Of a DNA stretch of 64,000 bases, positions 55,878 to 64,000 are shown in pieces. The position numbers were made by a program, and so were the translations under genes. The notes below the pieces were generated by a model that was not told the origin of the DNA, ran no database searches, and saw only the letters and a program-made list of their open reading frames with translations. The stretch is taken from the NCBI GenBank assembly GCA_963555825.3, contig CAUVXB020000002.1:576001-640000 (forward strand), read 5' to 3'. This DNA is from Alphaproteobacteria bacterium. Lineage in GTDB: Bacteria > Pseudomonadota > Alphaproteobacteria > JAAXGF01. How positions within the stretch are numbered: position 1 is the stretch's first letter; each line of letters opens with the position of its first letter.

Positions 55878-56029
55878 GCGCTTGGCCTCGCTGCTGCCAA
55901 CTCATCGGCGTCTAGCTACAAGCCAATCGTTTTATGCGCGTAACAAATTGCGATAGCATGACTTGGGCCCGGCCGGGAGCCCCCTGGTGGCACCCGGTTC
56001 GGCTGAGGGCAAGGGGGGCAAGCACTGAC

Positions 56030-59000
56030 GTGACGCTGTTTCTGCACGGGGCATTCGCTGGAGAGCGTTTCTTGGTGTGGGGAGAGGTACCCCCGAAGCA
56101 AGCGGCACCCGTCAGGAAGCCCCGTGGCCGGCGGCCGAAGGTGCCGCCGCCACCACCCTCTCCGTTCGACCCCGGACCCGAAGTCTTGGCCGCGGCCCTT
56201 TCCGCCGGGTGGCCGGAGATCGATAGTCCGCCTGCCGACAAGGTGGTCGTCTGGTTGCCCTCGAAAGGTGCCAGGCCGGTGGCGTCCCGTCCCCTGATCG
56301 AGGACCCGCCGGAAGCGACGGGCGGGATCACGATCGCGCCGTGGACGGTCTCCGCCCTGGTCGTGCCCATTGTGGACGCGGTTTATTTGCTGAGCCGCTG
56401 CGCCGGCCGGAGCCGCCTTGCGCCGGGCGTTTTCGTGGCCGACGATCTGGCGTTCTGGGCTGAGGCTCTGCGGTTCGCGGGCGCCCTGGTGGCGCGCGGG
56501 AGCTTCCTTCCCGACCTGATCGAAGAAGACAACGTGTTCCTAGCGCGCTGGCGCCCGGTCGTGCTGGGAAAGGAACGCGGTGTTCAAGCCCGGTTAGCGG
56601 ACGCCATGCCCGACTCCTGCCGGGCGGCCAGCCCAGGCTCGACTCCGCCAGACACCGGCCGGGCCTCGGTGTTGGGTGGATTCCTTGACGCCGCCTTGGA
56701 CAGCCTCGTGCGCACGGCCGCGGCACCGAAGGCAGCGCCCATGACGGCGGCACGACCGGGGCGGGGATCCCAGAGTCGGCCCGGGGCAGCCGCGCTTGAC
56801 ACCGTGGACGACCGCTGGTTGGCGGCCTTGCGCGGCCCCGAACCCCGGGTCGATGGAAATCAGGAAGAGCTTGTCGCGCTCCGTCAGAGGTGTCGGGAGT
56901 GGCGCCGGCCGGTGGCGGTGGTTCACGAGGGGCCATTCCGCCTGTGTTTTCGCCTCGAGGAGCCGGCCCCGGAGGAGGACGAGGTTGAACGGCCGTGGAG
57001 CCCCGGTGAAGCGGCGTGGACTCTCCGCTACCTGATCCAGTCCAACAGCGACCCGAGCCTCATCGTGCCGGCCGCCGAGGCATGGCGCGCCCGAGGCCGG
57101 GCGGCGGCGGCGTTCAAGGCGGATGGTTTCGACGTCCGGGACTTCTTGCTGTCGTCCTTGGGCCGAGCGGTGCGGCTCTGCCCCGTTCTGGAGGATAGTC
57201 TGCGCGGCCGCCTGCCCGACCTTCACGTCACCGACGCCGCCGGTGCCGTGTCCTTCCTCACCGATCATGCTCTTGTCCTCGAGCAAGCTGGTTTCGGTGT
57301 GATGCTGCCGGCGTGGTGGACGGCCAAGAGCACCAAGCTGCGCCTCTCCGCCCGCGCCCAGGTCACGTCGCCGAAGATGCAGGGCGGCAATGGTCTCTCG
57401 CTCGACGAGATCGTTCGCTTCGACTGGCAAGTGGCGCTGGGAGACCAGAGCCTGTCGCGCGAGGACCTGATGGCGCTGGCCAAGCTGAAGGTGCCTTTGG
57501 TCCGCGTCCGCGGCCAATGGGTCTTGCTCGACGCCGAGGAAATCAAGGACGCGATAGCCCGTCTCAAGCGCAAGGACAAGGGGCTCACGGGCCGTGATGC
57601 GCTGCGCATCGCCCTGGGTGGACAGGCGGGTGGGTCGGCCGGCGGTGACGGCGTGGTATCCGGCGGCATCGAGGCGCGGGGCTGGATCGCCGATGTCCTG
57701 GCCCGTCTCGAGAACCGGGACACCATCGAGCCCCTGCCGGTGCCCAGTGCCTTCGAGGGTGAGCTCAGGCCGTACCAGGAGCGGGGATATGCATGGCTCC
57801 GATTTTTGCGCCGCTGGGGCCTTGGCGCCTGCCTTGCCGACGACATGGGGCTCGGCAAGACGGTGCAAACCCTGGCGCTGATCCTCTACGACCGAGAGAA
57901 GCCGGAGGATAGAGCGCCAGTCCTGCTGGTCTGCCCGACCTCGGTGATCGGCAACTGGCAGCGGGAGGCGGCCCGCTTCACGCCCGATCTGGCGGTCATG
58001 GTTCACCATGGCGGCGCCCGCGGCCGTGGTAAGGCCCTGCGCAAGACGGCATTCAAGCACGACGTGGTGATCACCAGCTACGCCTTGCTCCAGCGGGACG
58101 TCACGGCGCTGGACGCGGTGCCCTGGAAAGGCGTCGTCCTCGACGAGGCGCAAAACATCAAGAACCCGGAGACCAAGCAGGCCCGTGCCGCGCGCGCGCT
58201 GACGGCTGGCTATCGGATCGCGCTCACCGGCACACCGGTTGAGAACAACGTGGGCGACCTCTGGTCGGTCATGGAGTTCCTCAACCCGGGTCTCCTCGGC
58301 ACCCAGGCGGACTTCAAGCGCCGATTTTTTGTGCCCATCCAGGCGAACAGTGATGTTCAGGCCATCGAGCGGCTCAAAGCGCTGACCGGCCCGTTCATTC
58401 TGCGCCGGTTGAAGAGCGACAAGACCATCATCGCCGATCTTCCGGAGAAGATGGAGATGAAGGTCTATTGCAACCTGACCCGGGAGCAGGGCTCGCTCTA
58501 TGCGGCCGTGGTGGATGAGGCCATGGAGACCCTGACCGCGGCCGATGGCATCCGGCGCAGGGGCGTGGTGCTGGCAACGCTGTCCAAGCTCAAGCAGGTG
58601 TGCAACCACCCGGCCCAGTTCCTGGGCGACAATTCGACCGTGCCCGGGCGCTCGGGCAAGCTGGCACGGCTCGTGGAGATGCTCGAGGAAGTCCTGGAGG
58701 CGGGCGAGCGGGCCCTGGTGTTCACCCAGTTCTCGGAGATGGGCGAGATCATCAAAACCCACCTGCAGGAGACCTTCGGCGAGGAGGTTCTGTTCCTGCA
58801 CGGCGGCGTGCCCAGGGCGAAGCGGGACCGGATGGTGAAGAGATTCCAGGAGGCCGGGGCGTCGATCTTCCTGCTCTCCCTCAAGGCCGGCGGCACCGGT
58901 CTCAATCTGACCGCCGCCAATCATGTGTTCCACTTCGACCGCTGGTGGAACCCGGCGGTGGAGGATCAGGCCACGGACCGGGCCTTCCGCATCGGGCAGA

Positions 59001-59188
59001 CTCGAGGGGTGCAGGTGCACAAGTTCCTCTGCCTCGGCACGCTCGAGGAAAAGATCGACGAGATGATCGAGCGCAAGAAGGAGGTGGCCTCGGCCATCGT
59101 GGGCGCGGGCGAGGCTTGGCTCACCGAGCTGACCACCGAGCAGTTGACCGATATATTGAGCCTGCGCGAGGATGCGGTCGGAGAGTAG
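56030..59188 (+). CDS. SNF2-family helicase/ATPase with N-terminal helicase-associated (DUF3670-type) region
   Basis: LADDMGLGKT, DEAQ, TGTPVEN, SGK, GTGLNL, QATDRAFRIGQ; start codon uncertain. Confidence 0.93.
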   Translation: MTLFLHGAFAGERFLVWGEVPPKQAAPVRKPRGRRPKVPPPPPSPFDPGPEVLAAALSAGWPEIDSPPADKVVVWLPSKGARPVASRPLIEDPPEATGGITIAPWTVSALVVPIVDAVYLLSRCAGRSRLAPGVFVADDLAFWAEALRFAGALVARGSFLPDLIEEDNVFLARWRPVVLGKERGVQARLADAMPDSCRAASPGSTPPDTGRASVLGGFLDAALDSLVRTAAAPKAAPMTAARPGRGSQSRPGAAALDTVDDRWLAALRGPEPRVDGNQEELVALRQRCREWRRPVAVVHEGPFRLCFRLEEPAPEEDEVERPWSPGEAAWTLRYLIQSNSDPSLIVPAAEAWRARGRAAAAFKADGFDVRDFLLSSLGRAVRLCPVLEDSLRGRLPDLHVTDAAGAVSFLTDHALVLEQAGFGVMLPAWWTAKSTKLRLSARAQVTSPKMQGGNGLSLDEIVRFDWQVALGDQSLSREDLMALAKLKVPLVRVRGQWVLLDAEEIKDAIARLKRKDKGLTGRDALRIALGGQAGGSAGGDGVVSGGIEARGWIADVLARLENRDTIEPLPVPSAFEGELRPYQERGYAWLRFLRRWGLGACLADDMGLGKTVQTLALILYDREKPEDRAPVLLVCPTSVIGNWQREAARFTPDLAVMVHHGGARGRGKALRKTAFKHDVVITSYALLQRDVTALDAVPWKGVVLDEAQNIKNPETKQARAARALTAGYRIALTGTPVENNVGDLWSVMEFLNPGLLGTQADFKRRFFVPIQANSDVQAIERLKALTGPFILRRLKSDKTIIADLPEKMEMKVYCNLTREQGSLYAAVVDEAMETLTAADGIRRRGVVLATLSKLKQVCNHPAQFLGDNSTVPGRSGKLARLVEMLEEVLEAGERALVFTQFSEMGEIIKTHLQETFGEEVLFLHGGVPRAKRDRMVKRFQEAGASIFLLSLKAGGTGLNLTAANHVFHFDRWWNPAVEDQATDRAFRIGQTRGVQVHKFLCLGTLEEKIDEMIERKKEVASAIVGAGEAWLTELTTEQLTDILSLREDAVGE

Positions 59189-59200
59189 TCGGAGAGTAGC

Positions 59201-59881
59201 ATGAGCGACGCTTGGGAGAACCTCGATCCAGACGACCTCGAGGCGGAGATGGAACGCCAAGAAGCTTCCGAGCTGTCCCCCGCCGGCATCGCCGAGCAAA
59301 ACCGGTACTTGCTCCAGCGCCAGCAAGAGTTCCGCCTGGCGGCGGATGCCGTGACCGCGGCCTGGAGTGAACGCGGCGAAGTGGAGGCCGTGGCGCTGTT
59401 CGGCTCGGTGGCGGTAGCGCTGTGGAAGGAGGTGCCGCGGTTCCGCACCTACCGGCGGGCGGGAATCGCCCTTAGGCACGAGTGCAAGGACCTGGACCTG
59501 GCCCTGTGGCTATCGAGCACCAGCGAGCTCGGCGGCCTGCGGAAGGCGAAGACCCGGGCCTTGGCCGAGATGTACAAGGAGACCGGGATCGGCGTGGCGT
59601 CCCATCAGGTGGATGTCTTCGTGCTGGCACCGGGCACGGACAGCTATCTCGGTCGGTTGTGCGACTTCGCCCGCTGTCCCAAGCACAAACCGGAATGCCT
59701 GGTTCCCGGCTGTGGTGCCGTAGCGTTCTTGCAGCAGCACGACGGCTTCGTGTTTGACCCGGAGGCGTTGGCGCCGGATCGGGTCATCCGCCTGTTCGAC
59801 CGGCAAAGCGGCTTGCTCCGGAAGGCCGCGGAGGTCCCCCTGCCCGAACGGGAGGAGGACGAAGATGGCGCGATGGCATGA
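59201..59881 (+). CDS. Putative Pol-beta-fold nucleotidyltransferase with Cys cluster
   Basis: VALFGSVA...KDLDLALW...VDVFV; CDFARCPKHKPECLVPGC. Confidence 0.65.
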   Translation: MSDAWENLDPDDLEAEMERQEASELSPAGIAEQNRYLLQRQQEFRLAADAVTAAWSERGEVEAVALFGSVAVALWKEVPRFRTYRRAGIALRHECKDLDLALWLSSTSELGGLRKAKTRALAEMYKETGIGVASHQVDVFVLAPGTDSYLGRLCDFARCPKHKPECLVPGCGAVAFLQQHDGFVFDPEALAPDRVIRLFDRQSGLLRKAAEVPLPEREEDEDGAMA

Positions 59882-60752
59882 GTTCGGCTATTACCCGCCG
59901 TCCCGTCCCCGCGAGGCCAAGGGTGGCATCAAGGCGCAGAGCAAGCGGGGCGCCTTCGCCTCGAGTTGGTGGAGCCAGCGCTGGATCGCCACACTGGAGT
60001 CCTTCCCCATCGGCGCCCGCCTGGGACGCGGGCGCAGCTATGCCCGCAAGGGTCAGGTGATCTCCCTGGAGATCGACAAGGGGCGGGTGACCGCGGAGGT
60101 GCAGGGTTCGCGGACGCGCCCCTACGCGGTCTCGATCACGATGAAGCCGATCGCAACGTCCAAGTGGAGAAAGATTGCCAAACAAGCCTCCGAGAACCTG
60201 CTTGTGGCGGCCAAGCTCATGGCCGGGGAGATGCCGCCGGAGATCGAGGAGGTGTTCGCCGATGTGCGCGCACCCTTGTTCCCGACGAACCAGAGGGACC
60301 TGACGACCAGGTGTAGTTGCCCCGATTGGTCGAATCCTTGCAAGCACGTCGCCGCGGTCTACTACTTGCTGGCCGAGGCGTTCGACCGCGACCCCTTTCT
60401 GCTGTTCCGCCTGCGGGGCATGGAGCGGGACGGTCTCGTCGCGCTGCTCGGGCTGGGCGGCACCACGGGCGACGAGGAGACACTGGTCGCCGAGGCCCAA
60501 GCCGCGCCCGCGGAACCTCTCACAACCGATCCTGAAGCCTTCTGGTCGGGTCCGAAAGGCTATGACGAGCTCCTGAAGGAGGTAGCGGTCCCTGAGCACC
60601 CCGCGCCGATGGCGAGCCATCTTGGCGGCTTTCCCTTCTGGCGGGGCGAGAAGAACTTCGCGTCCTCGGTATCCCAAATCAACGAACGGGCGATGCGAAA
60701 CGGGCTACGGACGTTCACGGGCGATTGGGAGATTCCGGCCGATTCCGAATGA
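59865..60752 (+). CDS. SWIM zinc-finger protein
   Basis: RLGRGRSYAR, VQGSR, CSCPDWSNPCKH, FDRDPFLLFRLRG; RBS GGAGGAGG. Confidence 0.92.
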   Translation: MARWHEFGYYPPSRPREAKGGIKAQSKRGAFASSWWSQRWIATLESFPIGARLGRGRSYARKGQVISLEIDKGRVTAEVQGSRTRPYAVSITMKPIATSKWRKIAKQASENLLVAAKLMAGEMPPEIEEVFADVRAPLFPTNQRDLTTRCSCPDWSNPCKHVAAVYYLLAEAFDRDPFLLFRLRGMERDGLVALLGLGGTTGDEETLVAEAQAAPAEPLTTDPEAFWSGPKGYDELLKEVAVPEHPAPMASHLGGFPFWRGEKNFASSVSQINERAMRNGLRTFTGDWEIPADSE

Positions 60753-60965
60753 CGCCTCGGGCCTGGCCACAATTCTCCCCTGTTCATCGGTGCTGACAAC
60801 CGACTTGAGCCTTATGGAAATCACACCGGGAGTCTTCAGCGCCGTGCGATGTGATGCGACTATGGGCGTCAGCTGAACGCGTACGGTTTGCTGGTAGCGA
60901 GGTAACAGAGGCGAACTTCCTAATAAGGTTTTTGCGGCGGATAAGGTTTTCAGGAACCACAGGAA

Positions 60966-61991
60966 CCTGCTTATCCGTGACACTCCGCCTGTGGGGATGT
61001 ATGTTCTCAATATGTTCTGCATGAGGGGGTTACGGTTATGGGGTTCAAGGTTGCATCGCGCGTGCGCGGTCTGAGCGACGAGGCGTTTCGGGAGGCCTTC
61101 GGCACCAAGGAGCAGTGCCGCGCGGCGCTGGTCCGGCTGCGCTGGCCGGGCGGCTTCGTCTGCCCCTGCTGCGGCCATCGGGAGCATTGCGTGCTGGCGG
61201 GTCGGGGTCTCTATCAATGCAACCGGTGCAAGAAGCAGACATCGCCCACGGCGGGCACGATCTTCCACGCGACCAAGCTGCCGCTGACACTCTGGTTCGC
61301 CGCCATCCACCTGGTCGTGACGGCGAAGAACGGCATCTCGTTGGTGGAACTCGGCCGCCGTCTCGGGGTCAAGCAGCCGACGCCCTGGGCCGTGAAGCAC
61401 AAGATCATGGCGGTGATGGCGCGGCGCGAGGGGGAGACGGCGCTTACGGGGCGGGTGGAGATGGACGACGCCTATCTCGGCGGGGCGCGCTCCGGCGGCA
61501 AGCGGGGCCGCGGCGCGGCGGGCAAGACACCCTTCGTGGCGGCGGTCTCGACCAGTCCCGAGGGGCGCCCGCGCAAGCTGAAGCTGGCGCCGGTCAAGGG
61601 CTTCCGCAAGCGCGAGATCGCGCGCGGCGCCAAACACTGGCTGGCCCCCGGAGCGGCGGTTGTGACGGACGGCCTGGGCTGCTGGAGCGCACTCGACGAA
61701 GCCGCCTGCAGCCATCGGGCAATCCGCACCGGGTCGGGCCGACAGGCGGCCCGCAGGGCGCCGTTAAAATGGGTGAACACGACGCTCGGCAACATCAAGA
61801 GCGCGATCACCGGGACTTATCGCAAGCTCGGCCCCGACCATGCCGGACGCTATCTCGCCAGCTTCGCCTGGCGCTACAACCGGCGCTATCAACTCCAGAC
61901 AATGATCCCGCGTTTCGTCCATAGCGCCGCACAAACCCAGCCCATGCCCTATCGCCTCCTCATCGCAGGATGACTTTCAGGGATAAGCAGG
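60966..61991 (+). mobile_element. IS1595-family element (transposase 61038-61973)
   Basis: IR CCTGCTTATCC / GGATAAGCAGG; Zn ribbon, EMDDAYLGG, TDG; no TSD seen. Confidence 0.88.
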
Positions 61992-61995
61992 AAGT

Positions 61996-62140
61996 TCATT
62001 GCCCTGTCTGGTTTGTCGCGATGTGGATGCCAATGCTGTCGCCCACGCGCGAACCCGACGCTTTCACGGATTCGTTGGCGAGGTGCGCATACCGCGCGGT
62101 GGTCTGGACCTGTGTGTGACCGAGCAGCTTGCCGATCACC
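61996..62140 (-). pseudogene. Tyrosine integrase C-terminal remnant
   Basis: IGKLLGHTQVQTTARYAHL. Confidence 0.75.
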
Positions 62141-63112
62141 AGCCGTTCTACTGCCAGACTGAAGCCTACCGGCGCGAGGGGATCGATCTCGACCGCACCA
62201 TGCTGGGCAACTGGGCCGGGCGCGGGGTGCAGTTCCTGGCTCCCGGTCATCGACCGGATGATCGACCACCTCAAGGCGTCCGACTGCCTGTTCATGGACG
62301 AGGCCACGGTACCGGTGCTGGCGCCGGGGACCGGGCAGACCCGTCTCGACTATCTGTGGGCGATCGCCCGCGATCAGCGCGGCCATGGCGGTCCCGACCC
62401 GCCGATCGTGGAGTTCCACCACTCGCGCAATCGCAGCGCCAAGGTCGCCCTGGAATTGATGCGCGACTATGCCGGCGGCGACCCGCTGCATGTCGATGGC
62501 TACACAGTGTACGACGCGCTCGGCGATCCGGGACGGGTCTCCAACCCATGGGATCTCGCATACTGTTGGGTCCACTGGCGGAGACGGTTTGTGGAGTTCC
62601 AGCGCGGCACGGCGTCGCCCGTGTGCGAGGAGATACTCGGACGCATCGCGGCGCTGTCCCGGATAGAGGCCATGGTGCGCGGCCATCCACCGGAGCACCG
62701 GCTTAAGGTCCGACAGGAACTCTCGACGCCGATCGTCGAGGCCCTGCGGCCCTGGGTCGAAGCCCAGCTTGGGCGCCTGTCGAGCGCATCCGAGCTCGCC
62801 AGGCATATCCGATACGCCCTCAAGCGCTACTAGAACGGCCTGAGCCGGCTCCTCCATGACCGGCGTATCGAGATGGACACCATTCCTGTCGGGAACCTCA
62901 TCCGCCTGGTGAAGCTCACAAAGAAAAACGCACTCTTCGCCGACAGTGACGACAGCGCCAAAACCTGGGCGCGATGCGCCAGCCTGACCGACACCCTGAG
63001 CCGGATCGTCGACATGCACTCCATGTCATTCCTCAACGATCTAATGCCCTGGAACTTCACCCCGGCAATCCCGACCGTCACTCGTCAAGAAGGTTAACGG
63101 CGCGGCGCTTAC
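62140..63112 (+). pseudogene. IS66 tnpC remnant with right end
   Basis: MDEATVPVL, HVDGY, CWVHWRRRF, LMPW; frameshift and internal TAG; ends in CGCTTAC. Confidence 0.85.
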
Positions 63113-63225
63113 GTTTGAACCGGTAGCTGTCGTTTCCGGTCTCGACGATGTGGCAGTGGTGGGTTAGGCGATCGAGGAGAGCGGTTGTCATTTTCTCGTC
63201 GCTAAAGACCGTCGGCCATTCGGCC
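63113..63225 (-). pseudogene. istB: istB C-terminal remnant
   Basis: [36 protein letters not shown]. Confidence 0.8.
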
Positions 63226-63369
63226 TGGCTTTACGCCGTTGGCGCCATGTCGACGAGTTCATCCATGTGTTGACTGGGGGTTGACACAATTATTAAACCA
63301 CAGACGTGGAAATTCGTATATCTATAACTAATTGATATTACGCATATGTTTTATACAAGATTCAGATTC

Positions 63370-63726
63370 TTAAATATGTCGATCAAATTGTTGGATGCCA
63401 GAACCGGGAAAGGCGAGGAGGCCCTTCGGCAGGAAGTTCAGCAGGACGTCGTTACGCCGGAAGGGCGCGGCCTTTCCGTCTCGATCCCAGTTCGGCTTGC
63501 AGACGACCTGGTGAACGCCGTTCTTCTCCGCCCAGCTTGCCGCGATCTTCTCCGCGCCGGGTCCGCCGCCGTGCAGCAGGACCATATCGTCGTACTTGAT
63601 CTTGATGCTGTCCAGCGAGCGCCAGATCGCGGTGACGTCGTCGAAGTCCTTGCCGCCGGTGAAGCCGACCAGGGTGCCTTCGGGCAGATGCGCGGTGGTT
63701 TCGCGGTCTTTGCGGGCGCGCAGGTA
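63370..63726 (-). pseudogene. DUF2493 (SLOG/YspA-like) plasmid protein fragment truncated by IS21
   Basis: FTGG.DF.D, VLLHGG..GAEKIA..WA, GKAAPFRRND, FPGSGI. Confidence 0.75.
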
Positions 63727-64000
63727 TGAGAACGGCAGAGCAATAATCCCCCACTGAAGCGGCCGGTCGATCCGGCTGCGGCGGACCAAAATGGGACCGC
63801 GTATAGCCTTCTGTCAGGGTTGCTCTGACTGGAAGGCGGGGGGGATGTATCGGGTGGAGTTGTACGCACGGGTTCGGCGGGCGTGTCATGTCGAGGGGAT
63901 GAGCACCCGCGAGGCCTCGCGGGTGTTTGGTGTAGACCGCAAGACGGTCCGTAAGATGCTGTCGTTCTCGGTGCCGCCAGGGTATCGCCGAAGCGCGCCG
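63727..64000 (+). mobile_element. istA: IS21-family element copy 3 (runs off window)
   Basis: Same left end and istA start as copy 2. Confidence 0.93.

Noticed and set aside
56594-59479. 961-aa minus-strand ORF
   Set aside because: Antisense shadow of the SNF2 gene

Overview
A GC-rich, IS-saturated and partly decayed conjugative region (plasmid or ICE). Gene content suggests an alphaproteobacterium (inference). About 20 IS elements or remnants are present (IS21 x3 plus fragments, two IS256 types x2 each, IS110 x3, IS1595 x2, IS3 x2, IS1380, IS1182 plus a MITE, IS630, IS66), many nested or disrupting genes. The core is a ~15 kb mirror-symmetric block: two MOB-F relaxase-helicase/oriT/accessory modules in inverted orientation around a three-tyrosine-recombinase RIT element. 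It is followed by umuDC and the distal end of an IncI/Dot-Icm-type transfer operon (traU-ssb-traV-traW-traY/dotA) that ends in a VirD4/TraG-type coupling protein. Other content: a 5'-truncated Calx-beta autotransporter, HU, a split DUF6499/DUF2285 (FseA-like) activator, a divergent truncated rpoD paralogue and a SNF2-nucleotidyltransferase-SWIM operon. An IS1111-group element carries a readable bridge/seek RNA whose guides match its own target site inside IS21 istA. No rRNA, tRNA or CRISPR array was seen. All family calls are motif recognition by eye with no database search, and several 1-bp frameshifts may be sequencing errors.
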